Positions 50,096 to 62,289 of a stretch of DNA of 64,000 nt are shown in pieces (the first letter of the stretch is position 1; every line of letters begins with the position of its first letter). The notes beneath the pieces are model-generated. The model saw only the letters and a program-made list of their open reading frames with translations, was not told the DNA's origin and did not search any database. The stretch covers positions 9,362,001 to 9,426,000 of the forward strand of contig JBHGNT010000016.1 in the NCBI GenBank assembly GCA_043228905.1, in the 5' to 3' direction. The position numbers and the translations under genes were made by a program. This stretch comes from Azolla caroliniana (lineage: Eukaryota > Plantae > Polypodiophyta).

Positions 50096-53000
50096 TATCT
50101 CGTATATGCTCTCTTGCAGCTCATCCGAGGCCACATGACTAAAGGATATCCCTTGCAATCCTTTCGGTATCTGACATCGCATCATCTCCGCCTTATAGTC
50201 ACGTAGATAGCGTGACACATCATTTCCGTTGAATTGCCCGTTTCGTTGCACAAGCCGCTCTACTGCCGACTTCATCTCCGACATCGCACGTTGCTCTTGT
50301 TGCATCCTCTCAATCATCATCATCATTATGCTCATCGCCTCTTGTTGATTCTCCATTTCCTTGCCACCCGCGTTCACATCGGGTTCACCACTTGTGTCGT
50401 GGCTTTCGGTGCTAGATCGTTTGCGTGAGTCGGGTGGGAACCACTGGGGTTTTGGACTAGGAAGAGGAGAGTTTTAAGGCTAATAAGAATACAAATAGAT
50501 TTTAAGAAAGAGATATAGACACCTCATGAATCCCACGAGTCTATTGTATTAGATTTCTCAATATTAAGAGAAGAATATGAATTTGGATTAAAAAAACGAA
50601 GAATATAGAAATCTCGTGAATCCCACGAGTATAGTTTATTTCGTGAATCCCACGAATATATTAATTGGTGTCTTTTAGAAATATATCCAATTTCCAAGTA
50701 TTTCACCCTTATTACATTGTGCTCCCCATCCTTATATAGTGATGAGAGAATCTTTACAATCCATGCTTTTTCTCTAACTATAGACTCCATGCTTTTTCTG
50801 TCGATAGACTACATGCTTTCTTTAACATGCTTCTTTTCTAAAAGTGATCATGCGTTTTTTATTATTATCTAACTATAGGTTTTTTATCTAGAAAATATAC
50901 GTGAAATAAACCTTCTATGTGGTATGTCTACTTTTTAACACTTATGATATGTTAGTGTAATGATAAGGCTTTATATTATAAACATGGAGGTACAAGGTTT
51001 GAATCTTGCCTTATGCATGTAATATGTATTTTTAATATTCTCTCCTATTTACAAATATGTCTCTTCATCCGGTGAGAGACTCTCACCAGCCTTCTTCATC
51101 CGGTTCTCACCGGGTACTGCATGTCCTATCCGGAGAGACCGAAAATGCAATTTTTCACATAGTGTGCGAATTACACTACAACAACGGACTTAAGTAAGCC
51201 TCGCGAGCTTGGAACGCAAAGATTACGCAACGATTGCGTAGAATGGGGTTTACGACGTCCAAGTCAGACACTTCATTATTCGTTCGACAAGGTCAACATG
51301 GACCGGTTAGCCTTCTACTGTATGTTTATGATTTAGTCATCGCCGATGCCGACCTGGACGAAATCCACCGTGTAAAGTCTCAACTTGCGGCATCATTCGA
51401 AATGAAGGACCTTGGAGACCTTCATTACTTCCTCAGGATCGAAGTGATCCGCACCCTCGAAGGCATATTGATCAGCCAACGTCATTACGCGCTGAATATG
51501 CTCTTCAAGTATAGGATGGCCAACTATAAGCCCATCTCGAGCCCTTTGGATAGAAACACAAAGCTTCACCGAGATTCAAGAAAGACATGCGACCCGACAC
51601 GGTCTCGACAGATTGTCAGAAGCTTGATATATTTGACGATCACCAGGCCGGACCTCAGCTACCCGGCCGGACTGATTAGTCAGTTTATGTCATAGCCTAT
51701 GGCCGAACATTTTCAGTGCTCGCAAAGGATATTGTGATATGTTAGCGGCACGAAAGACATGGTGTTGCTGTATCGGGCATGCGTAGCCGAACAGTTGGTT
51801 AACTACACGGATGCCGATTGGGCCAGAAACGCTAGTGATCGTAGATCCACATCAAGATATGCCTTCTCATTAGGAAGTGCAGCGATCACGTGGAGTAGTA
51901 AGAAGCAGCCGACAGTAGCACTGTCGAGCACGGAGACTGAATATCGAGGGACGACTGTAGCTACGTGCGAAGTCATTTGGCTGAGACGACTGTTACAGGA
52001 TCTACATGTGGAGGTGTCCAATCCGAAGATGATCTATTGCGACAACCTCAACCATATCCACCTTGCAAAAAATCCTGTATTCCAAGCCCGGACCAAGCAC
52101 ATTGAGGTGCCTTACCATTTTGTCCGCGAGCAAGTCCTTTCAGGTGACGTCGAACTAGAGTATGTTCCAACGGATCGACAGGTTGCCGACATTTTCACCA
52201 AGCCTCTTGGTCTCAACAAGTTGCGGCATTTCTCAGGTGAGCTTGGGTGATAGGAACAAGAGAGTGAAAGGAGCGGAGGTGATCATCGCGGTGGAAGTGA
52301 CTGTGATGCGGAGTCAAATGAAGAATTCGATTTTGGGCCGGCTGAAGAAGCCTAAGAAGAGAGCAAGGGTCGTAATCATAGGGAAGAGCCGAGGACAACC
52401 GAATCGGGGGGAGGTAAGGCGAAGACCATGACATGGTCTGACATTGTCCAAGGCCTAAAGACCGAAGACGAATTGGAGACAGCCAATTCAGATTCAATCG
52501 AAATGTTCGATTCAAATATTACGAATCGACTAAGGGCCAAGAGGAGGAAAGGGCAGCGGAAGAGGCGCCAACACTGCAACAGCAAGGGAGCTGAGAAGGA
52601 CCAAATGAGCAGACTAGCCGACCAGAAGGGTCGAGGAGCGCGGAATCGAACAAGTCGAGGAGCACAAGCAAGGCGTGAAGCCAGGAGAAGTCGGAGTGAA
52701 GATCTAGAGTAGCATGTGGAACTTCAAGTTGAGCTTAAGGGGGAGTGTTGAGTGACATGCTCAACATTGGGTGTGTAACACAGTGCGTAACCCAATGCGT
52801 AGACTGGGTGCGTAAAACAGTACGCATAACATGGCCGTATCGGTGCGTAAACCAGAAGGCCGTTAGTATGTTATTCCTTGTAAGGAATAAGTTTGGGAGT
52901 TAGTGTAGTAGGCTCATTTATGAGCAGTCAAGTACTGTCAGTACTTGTGTCAGCCCGATAATAAGGGCTTGTATAAAAGGTGCTCATTGAGCCCGAAGCA

Positions 53001-53165
53001 TGTACAGAGTGTCATTATTTTGAAATAGAACTGAGTTGTCTGTTGTCTCTCTGTCTCTCCCTCTCCATCTTCATCTTTGCATTTTCTAAGTTTTACCGAA
53101 CTGTCATTTTTCCGAACTGTGTACTCTATGTTTCGCATATGCTTCCACACACATATTCTTTTACA

Positions 53166-53810
53166 AAGATCGACATTCTGAGGAAGAGGATGTTGGCTAG
53201 GATTTCTTTACAAGTTCCTACACTCGGGTGATGACTACTTTCATAGAAGAGGACTACGTAGGCGAATTCGTGGAGATCGGGAAATACTTGAGTTCTCTCC
53301 AAAAAGATGAAGCATGGTCAATGGAAGACTTCCACCGAATTCGGAAGAAGGCATACAAGTATTTCCTTAAGGATGGAGCTCTTTAGAGACATGCAAAAAA
53401 GAAGAATGAGACTCCGATGAGAGTTGTCTGCAAGCTGGAAGACAAGTTGGAAGATATAGAAGTAGCTAAAGCGCGGCTAAAGAATGCAAGGCTGAAGAAC
53501 AAGAAAGACTTTGATAAACAACATCGACTTCGTCTGAGGAAAATCATTGAAGGAGATTGGGTGATGGTACAGTAGCCTAGACAACCAACATAGTACGGCT
53601 CAAAAAATTTCACAATGCTGGTTTGGACCATATATGGTGAAGAAAGTGGAAGATAATGCAACATATCGTTTAGCAGAACTGGATGGTACACCACTTGCCT
53701 TGCCAATTGCCGGGAAAAGAATCAAGATCATCAAGAGCAGAGACAGAATAGAAATCGGATTCGAAGCTTTTGACGATTCTGTCTTTGGCATCGACGAAAA
53801 AGTAAACTAG
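53166..53810 (+). pseudogene. Gypsy integrase relic, core deleted
   Basis: IRKKAYKYFLKDG.L and WFGPY...NATYRLAELDG; probably the same host element as 33620-34620. Confidence 0.75.
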
Positions 53811-53847
53811 TCAAAAGTGGAGCCTCACCAAAATTGGCACATACCGG

Positions 53848-56610
53848 TGTCATGACATTTCAATGCCACGATGAGAAAATAACTTCTACCAATTTATATG
53901 AGCTTATTCAAATCTTTGTAAAAGGTTATATAAAGTGCGAGTCCTCGCTGAATAGGAGCGTGTGGGGGTTTAGGTGTGGTGAAGGATTTGCTTCATGATA
54001 GAAAAATAAACTAAAATATTATATTGAATAACATTCAATTTGAGAGACTTGAACCCATATTCTCACATACCAAACACAAGGCACATTCCATTAGACTAGG
54101 TCATTTGTTCTTTAAAAACTATATTTTAATATTTGTACTTATCCCATGTATATTTTCATACATGAAAACTCAAATGTGTGGGATGTCTATTATGCATCAC
54201 ATGCATTTCATGCACTACATGCATGTTTTGTAACCTCACATGCATCATATGCATGGAGGCACCTATTTAAAGAGGGAAAGGGAAAAGAGTGAGGGTGGGA
54301 TAAAACATGAGACGAAGAATATTATTGTAATAGGAGGGACAAGCTATATTATTGTACAAGAAATATTTTGTAATCACCTTCAAATATCAATACAAGTTAT
54401 TTCCTTTTCTCCTCTTTCTTTGACAAGAAGCCCGGTGCTTACTTCCCGGATTCGCGATTTTCTTTCCATTTGCTCTCATAGCCGAGATCGACACGACAAT
54501 GGTGAACCTAACGTGAAACAGGGAAGTTAAGAGAGATGGAGAACCAACAAGCAGTCTCAAAGCCACGGATCAACCAAGAAGCCGTTTTGGAGCCACAAAT
54601 CAACATGGTGTTACAAATGATTGAAAGAATGATGCAAACCCAAGAATGTGCAACTGCTCTTCAACGAATCGATCATGCTATTGACAAGCTTGTAGAGAAA
54701 ATAGGTCTCTTTGGAGGTAAAAATATATCTAAATTCTTACACGTATATGTTACTGAGATGGGTAGTAAAGGGTTAAACCAACATGATGTTCAAATGAATT
54801 TTGTGAGGATGGTTGAACTCCCTTTGAGAAATAGAGTCTCAAAACTCGCAACAAGTGCTAATGATTGGGTTCCATTTGAGCAAGCCTTATTAAATGAGTA
54901 CATGCTTGGTGATACAATCCGAGCGTCAAGGAGGAGTTTCTTGGATTGGGTGGACAAAGAGGACAAGAAGATTTTGGTGATGGAGTTGTTAAAAGAATTT
55001 GAAGCTCGGTATAACCAATTAACGACTGTAAGGACTCTTTTGGAACCAGAGAAGGTCATATTATTCTTGAAGGCATCAGACTAATCCTATCAAGAAAAAA
55101 TAGTCACATTCCTTGAATACTGGACTACACCCACTGGACTAGTGTCTGATTGGAATCAAGTACATGAAGCTTGCATTAGAATCAAGGAGGATACTAGGAG
55201 TCCGTCAACAATTTCCAAGGTACCCGAAACAATGATGGACGATCTTATCAAAGGTATAAAAGATCTCATTACATGTTGCAAAGCTACAAGAAGAAAAATC
55301 CTCACAACCCCAAAAAGATTATGAAAGAAGATGCATATGGTGTGATGGCGTTGACCATTCAAGAGGAGGGTGTGATAACTATCAAGAAGCAATAGAAAGA
55401 GGGGTGATATTCTTCAAAGATGGTAAGATTCATTTTTCTAAAACTCGATTACCTCTCTAAACTAACTTTAGAAGAGGTGGTATGAGAAGGATCATCGTAG
55501 ACGCGGAAATAACTAGGACACAAGCTGCCTATCAACCATCAACTATGGTCATCCATGTTGGTGAAGGAGGATCTCAATCTGAACAACTGAGACACCCGTG
55601 AAGATTGAAAACCTTGAAGATCAGGTCGTGGCCTTAATTGACCACGGCTCAGAAATTAATCTAATTTCTTATGATATTTATAGGAAAGGCGGATGGTCAA
55701 TGGAAACGAATCATGGGTGGAAGGTGAAATCGACTAATTCAATGACCGATCAACTTCATGGAGCTTGCCCAAACATCAAAGTCACCATTGGAGATGTGCT
55801 AATGGAGCAACATTTTTTTATCCAAAAGACCTCTTCATACCTAGTGATTCTTGGTCAACCATACATCATATCTTCTAGGATGCAGACGAAGGTGCTTGAA
55901 GATGGTTCAGCATATGCTAGGATTCGAAGTACCAATGGTAAAAGAAGTGTTCAATTTCTTACTGTTAGGCAAGAGCATGATAGAAATAAAGAAGAATTAC
56001 GAATTAACTCATATGAGCATGATATGTCATCTTATGAGTCGGATTTTTAAATAGGATCATTGATGGACAGGGACACAATGGTCCCAAAGCTTTCCTTTCC
56101 TTGCAAAAATGTTTTCCAATTAATAAAACAATCAATACTTTGTCTAATACAATGGATGGATTTACCTGTTACTTTGGTGTGGAAAGTCATGCACAAAATA
56201 AAGGGAGCAGGAAGATGTTGGATGCATTGTGCACTTCAGGGATGATTGAAAGGGATGACATAATTTTTGGTATGTTTTCTTGAATGTTTAGATGTGGATA
56301 TAGTCAAAATATTATAAAATTGCTTGAATGAGAAAGAATGTGACAAGATATTTGTTCATGTAAATTATGTTGTTATGTACCTTCATATTGCTGATTTTAT
56401 TGAAAAAAATGGTTGTCTAGCTAATAGTGAAATAGTTGGCAATAGCTATCATGAAATGGCTAAAAAAGCAAGTAAAAATAACTATCCAATAAAAGTTAAC
56501 ACTAAATATAAAACAATGGACAAAAAGGTCAGGCTCGTGACCATGCATCTACCTATGGATATTACTAAAATGAAAAAGAATGTCGCATTTGAGCCAACAT
56601 TGCGGGATTC
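53848..56610 (+). mobile_element. Gypsy F 5' part: LTR, tRNA-Trp PBS, gag, protease
   Basis: LTR 53848-54498 (TGTCATG...CACGACA); TGGTGAACCTAACGTGAA 54500-54517; gag from 54536; ALIDHGSEINL protease. Confidence 0.85.
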
Positions 56611-58838
56611 AATTCAAGAGAACGAGTTGTTTGCAGTAATACATGCACTTAAAACATGGAGGCACTATCTCTATGGAAATAAATTTGTGGTTACAACAGA
56701 CCATCAATCATTGAAGTATTTTTGTGACCAGCCAGATCTTGTTGGTCGTAAAGGCCATTGGGTTGACCTTATGCAAGATTTTGATTTTTCCATACGGTAT
56801 CGCAAGGGTTCTATGAACACTGTTGCGGATGCTCTTAGTCGCATTAAAGAAGTTAACATGCTTAGCTTCACGGAAATAAAATCTGATCTTTTAGATCACC
56901 TTCGAGGGAAATACCTTGATGACAGTTATTTTTCGAAATACTGGACGAAAGCTGAATCTGGTTTAGATGCCGATACTAGCACCCTACCCTCGAAGGTGAC
57001 CTTTCACATTACAAACGGTTTGCTCTACCGTAGTGGAAAGGTCTGTGTTCCAGATTTACCAAACGTAAAACAAAAAAATCTTCATGAATGTCATGATACA
57101 CCATCTACTGGTCATCCTGGAATACAATGCACACTTGTTCTCATCTCGAGTACTTTTTTCTGGCCTAAGATGCGCTCTGACATGCATAAATACGTAACTC
57201 AATGTTTACAATGTCAGATTAATAAGTCGGAACGACTTAAAGCTACGGGTCTTTTACATCCCTTAGATATTCCCAACAACAAATGGGAAAGTATCTCGAT
57301 GGATTTTATTGTTAGTTTACCTCGTACAGAGAGGGGTCATGATGCCATTTAGGTTGTCGTTGACAGACTAACAAAATTGGCTAGATTTATTCCTACCAAA
57401 ACCACGGTAACCGCTCAACAATTGGCTTATCAATTTGTTGATGAGTTATTTCGTTTTTATGGATTACCAATGGATATTGTTAGTGATCAAAATTCCAAGT
57501 TTACTAGTACTTTTGGACTCAAGTCTTTAAGAAACTAGAAACTACATTGAGCATGAGTTCCACAAATCGTCCTCAATCTGATGGACAAACTGAACGAGTT
57601 AATCAAATTATTGAGGACATGCTTCGAGCTTATGTAGCAAAAACCCCTTCTAAGTGGGAGCAATACCTTCCTATCTTTGAATTTGCCTATAATAGCTCTA
57701 AACATACATCCACTGGATATAGTCCTTTTATGTTGATGTATGGTTTTCAGCCACGTGCCCCAGTGGATGTCACAATTCATCGTGATACATTAGACAGTAC
57801 ACGCAATTTTTTGCAAGACATGAACCAAATGTTGCATATTGCCAAAGAGAATGTCAAGACAACTCAAGATCGCGCTCAATTTTATGTTGATCAAGATAGA
57901 CCATCCTCGTGCATTTACTATTGGTCAAAAACTTTTTTTGTGTGCCCCTACTGACTCTACATCATTGTCTACATGCAAGTGCGCTAAGTTAGCCCCACGA
58001 TATTGTGGCCCATTTGAAATCCATAAGTGGGTTGGGTCATCTGCTTATCACCTTGCCTTACCCTGTAACGTTGGTATTCATCTTGTTTTTCCACGTTAGT
58101 CGTCTAAAACCAATTTTAGGCTCTAACACCATCACAAACCAAGATCTTGTAACGTTAGAGGATTTTTCTTATAAACCTCATGTTCCTGAATGAATTCTTG
58201 ATTCTCGTACTAAACGTTTACGTTCTAAAGAGATTCGGCTATTCAAGATCAAATGGATGGATAAACCTATTGATGATGCCACATGGGAACACAAGCATAC
58301 TCTTAAGGCACAATTTCCTCACTTTATAATGCAAGAGTGCAATATTTTGAAGTAGGGGAGTATGTTATGTACACATAACGTTGGTGAGGGTAGGTCATCA
58401 ATATTTACGTTAGTGAAGGGTATGTTCACTAATGTTAAAAAGGGGACTAATGATTGGATAGAAGGAATGATAGGTGCATGCACTATCATGATTTGGACAA
58501 CCAATGAATGGAGAGCCTTTTAGAAAGGCATATCTATTCAAGGGGCCTAGGAAAGGGTATAAATATGAGGCTTAGCTACCCTTATAATCACATTACGTAG
58601 GAAGGCTGTTGTCTTAGACACCGGTGGTGCAGGCTAGGCTTTCAACTCGACGATTGTGTTTATCTCTTCCAAGGTATTAGTCATCCTAATATCCGGCGGT
58701 ATGGGACGTCGGTGGTAGGTTGGCTATGTCTAGATCATAACTCAGGGGTGGTCGGGTGGAACGGGTTCTTCTATCCATTCTATTTTTCTTCTTTTACTTT
58801 AGTTTGGTCTATTGATTAGGATCCGAAGGATGTGATCA
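56611..58838 (+). mobile_element. Chromovirus 3' part: RNase H, integrase, chromodomain, PPT, 3' LTR
   Basis: ELFAVIHALKTWRHYL; WESISMDFI; PQSDGQTER; ILDSR...IKW...DATWE ~58185-58325; PPT GAAGTAGGGGAG then TGTTATG at 58363; LTR end approximate. Confidence 0.88.
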
Positions 58839-59797
58839 AAACATCTAGCAAAGATGCTAGTGTGAGGATTGTCGACTCTAATATGAGATTGTATCATGAA
58901 ACTAGACAAAGTGAGAAATATAGAGCATGGTTGCATAAAGATCTCAAAGTAGGCATGCACTTGAAGGTACTACATGGGGTAGTCAATGTCATTATTCAGA
59001 TAAAGGCTTGGGGAGAAAGACACAAAACAAAAATGTGTGACGGGTCAAAGTGCCTTGAGCAAGGAGACGATCGAGACAAAGGTAGAACATGCATAAAGCC
59101 TAAAGAGTTATGTTCGAAAGGAGAACAAGGGGTCATGACAACTAGTCATGGTAAAGCAAAGAATGAGCGAATGATATGGTGGATTGGGTGGCAACAATTG
59201 TTCATGCTCAAAATGGAGGAATCATATTGATCACCATAGCGAAAATCTCACACTCTCTCTTCTTGGCACGTACCAGAGGACGTGCGGTTTGGTGGGGGTG
59301 GATGTCATGAAGATTTTTGCCAACGGTGTGAAAATTGAATGGAATGTACAAAATCGAGTGTGGTTCTTCACACACAACATAAAACAATAATAGTGAAGAT
59401 ACTATTTTATACTAGTTTAATATCTTGGTACAAAAAGATGGAGGTCTTCAAGAGTTTTCAAATACACTTTACCACATAAGAAAATGGACAACTAAGTGGC
59501 AAGTTATGTGGGTATAAAGTTTGCAAAGAAGAAGAGAAAAAATAAAATTACGAGATATCCCACATAGACAGGACAAATAAGGATCCAAGAGTATATAAGG
59601 AGGGCCAAAATCTATTACTTTGGGTCTATGAGTGGATCATAGAATGTTCAAGGTGACTTGAGCTAAACTAACCGAATAAATCCGCCGAGACAGCAACAGG
59701 ATAGAGCCGGCGAGACGGCAATTGGTGACCGAGACCAGGATCGGATCGGGATTGGATTGAACTGATCGGGACAGACGAATCAGTCGGTTAAATGCGG
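58839..59797 (+). mobile_element. 3' fragment of a D-like element (internal region, PPT, LTR start at 59303)
   Basis: IWWIGWQQLF matches the D ORF IWWIGWRQWF; TTTGGTGGGGGTGGA|TGTCATG mirrors the D PPT/LTR junction. Confidence 0.7.
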
Positions 59798-60366
59798 TGC
59801 ATGGTGTTTTGAATATTTTCAGTGTAAATACAAGACCAAAAGCCTAGTAGTATTTTGTGTTTTAAAAGGGATGTGACCAAAGCTTGAACCTTGCACCTCC
59901 AAGATAGGAGGCAATAGACTTACCACTAAGCCAAGTCATTTTCTTAAAAACTATATTTTTATCATTATACTTTTACATGTAATTCTTATACATGAGAGCT
60001 TAGATGATGACATGGCAAGCATGCATTGCATGCATGCATTACGCGCATGTCTTGCACGCTCACATGCACGATATGTAGGGGGGCATCTATAAAAGAGTGG
60101 AGGAATCAAGCAAGAAAAAACTAATGAAAAATTTGGGGAAAAAAAAAAAAGAAACTTGTAATCCTATTGTTGATGTATCTTCCCTCTTAAATCTAAACGT
60201 TAAAAGTTCAATCTTTATCTTAATATCTCTCTTTCGTCATATCAATCTCTCTCAATTTATCTTAAATACTTTCTCGCTAAAGTTAGTGCAAACTTCGAAT
60301 CCTTCCGATCCAGGACCCCGGTGGTTTCGCCTCACGATCCGCACGTAGTGACGGATCTTCACAACG
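59798..60366 (+). mobile_element. Degenerate LTR with an antisense tRNA-like module
   Basis: Ends homologous to 28677-29456; TATAAAAG ~60088; no matching TSD. Confidence 0.65.
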
Positions 60367-60871
60367 CCTAAAAGATCAACCCTCCCTTGGGAAGAGGTTA
60401 TTTTCTCATTCCCTCACTCTCCGTCACCATCATTAATCCCTCCTTCTCTCCCTCTATGTGTTGTTCTTTCTATTAGAGAGTGTGATTTGTGCATGAACTC
60501 TTTGTGGGAGAGCCAACCTGGGATGGAGATCTCCACACTACCCTGTTGAGAGGAAGTCTATCCCTCACTCTCCCTCTTTGTGTGTTGCATGTCTCTGTGT
60601 TGCGTGTTGAGAGACAAAGAGTTGAAGTTTTGGCTCCATTGATATGAAAGAAGGAATGAAGCATTCCTCACCTGACGAGAGAAAAGCATGTGTCTAGTTG
60701 TTGAAGAAAGAAGCTTTAAGTAATATCCATCTCTTCTTGCTCTCTATCTCTGTCCCTGTCTCTCTCTCTCATGGCCAAGCTTCAAGCTTCTCCTCCTCCT
60801 AGCCATAGCTTTTTGTCGCAATAGTCTCCACAAGTTATGTCCTGGTCAGGCATTTGAAGCCACCAACAAAG

Positions 60872-61171
60872 GCCCCATTGAGCTTGTCAAACTTGTCCTT
60901 CTCCTCGGTCGTCATCATTTCACTAGTGTGGATACCCATATCTACGTCTGTGGAGGATGCCATACTTCTCAAATCTATGCCATCCGACAGGCCATCGCAA
61001 AGGCCTTTGTTTCCTTCTACTAAAAGTACGTAGATGATCAATCAAAGGGAGATCCGTGATATCCTTGGCAGGTATGATCGAACACTACTTGTGGCTAATA
61101 CTCATCGCTGTGAACCCAAGAAGTTTGGCGGTACAGGTGCTCATACTCATTTCTAGAAGTCTTATCGTTAG
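60872..61171 (+). pseudogene. RPS16: 40S ribosomal protein S16 (uS9) pseudogene fragment
   Basis: HTSQIYAIRQAIAKA...RYDRTLLVA...[11 protein letters not shown]...KSYR*; two premature stops and a frameshift. Confidence 0.93.
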
Positions 61172-61222
61172 GGGATGGAAGAGAGAGAAGAGATGCTTAT
61201 TGACAATATGCTTGAGTATAGG

Positions 61223-61339
61223 GTCAACTTCCCATTCCATGCATATGACTGTGAAATCGTGTACATGGAACGTGTAGTCGAAGTGTTGCAACAGATTCTG
61301 CAGAATGCTCTGTTGGAGAGTCCCACCACCACAAAATAG
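61223..61339 (+). pseudogene. RTEL1: N-terminal fragment of an RTEL1/FANCJ-type helicase
   Basis: VNFPFHAYDCEIVYMERVVEVLQQILQNALLESPTTTK resembles the recalled V.FPF.AY..Q..YM..V...LQ...ALLESPTGTGKT motif. Confidence 0.75.
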
Positions 61340-61691
61340 ATGGTAGAAGGGTAGAAGAATAGAAGGAATAGACATATGTAGAAGAACCACAACAGGATCA
61401 TCAGTCTGACGAGCCATCCGCTCATCATCACACAGATCATGCTTCTAGATGTTTGGCCATTGAATCTAATTCGAAGAAGGAATCGAAGCTCTCCATAGCT
61501 CACGTAGATCCCATCCAATCAGTTCATGGATATTTAATTACCACATCTTCATCGTGTTCGCAACACCATCCATTACAACCAGCAACTAAAGATTATGGGG
61601 TTAAGAAGAAGATCGTAGCTCAAATGATGAATGGCGATCCTAGGTACAAGCATGGTGGCGATGGCTATGGCGACATATATGATGTTGAAGT

Positions 61692-62285
61692 TGTTGGGAA
61701 TATGTCCCTCTAGTGGGAAAGAGAGAGGAGCCGAGTTGATGAAGAACCGACTGATCGGAAAGCCGATAGTCGATGACAGGGAAGATCCGACTGTTCGGAA
61801 AGCCGACAGTCGAAGAGTCAAAAACAGTGAGTTGATTGTTTGAAGATTCGACTATTATTATTATAGTAATAATAATGATGATGATGTGTGGAAACAAGTC
61901 CCTCCAGATGGGAAAGAGAGAGGAGCCGAGTTGATGAGTGACTCGGCCTTGGCCGAAACCGGAATCGTGTAAATAGCCAACTCGGGTGACTATACTTGTA
62001 AATAGTCTAAGTGTGCGCCCCATGAGGGCTACGTATGTAAATAGCCAGAAAGTTGTGTAAGTATATATATACAACTAGGGAAAACTTTATGCGTGTGTTA
62101 GTGACAGTGTAAGAACAGAAGTTGTAGAACGTGAGAGAGTGTGAGAGAGAAGAAGTGTGAGTCGTGCCATAGCTGTGTGAGTAACAGCAGACGCGAAGAG
62201 CCTTGTGTGGCCGATACACTCGATAGAGTGTTGTATTCCTCTCGGTGTTGTATATCCACTTTGTATAGTGAAGAAATCTGTTCAC
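61692..62285 (+). mobile_element. Copia-1-like LTR relic with duplicated start
   Basis: GTCCCTC...GGGAAAGAGAGAGGAGCCGAGTTGATG at ~61704 and ~61898; repeated GTAAATAG; TATA run. Confidence 0.65.
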
Positions 62286-62289
62286 CAAT

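Larger units (their letters stand above)
37402..51183 (-). mobile_element. Gypsy D, tRNA-Trp-primed, pol-less non-autonomous element; hosts C
   Basis: 4-bp TSD ACGG (37398-37401, 51184-51187); LTRs 37402-38191 and 50395-51183; PBS TGGTGAACCCGATGTGAA 50373-50390; PPT GGAGGGGGCGAA ~38192-38203; gag-like ORF from ~50377. Confidence 0.9.
34630..53165 (+). mobile_element. Copia-5 (Copia-2 family), 5' truncated, split by a solo LTR and Gypsy D
   Basis: Protease-integrase-RT 34700-37401; KSLYG|LK.A resumes at 51188; RNase H to ~52250; PPT 52731-52745; 3' LTR 52746-53165. Confidence 0.9.

Noticed and set aside
56324-57352. 342-aa ORF as a genuine single gene
   Set aside because: It spans a junction between two different element relics
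58620-58770. Ribozyme in the GC-rich part of the chromovirus LTR
   Set aside because: No hammerhead core (CTGANGA...GAAA) found
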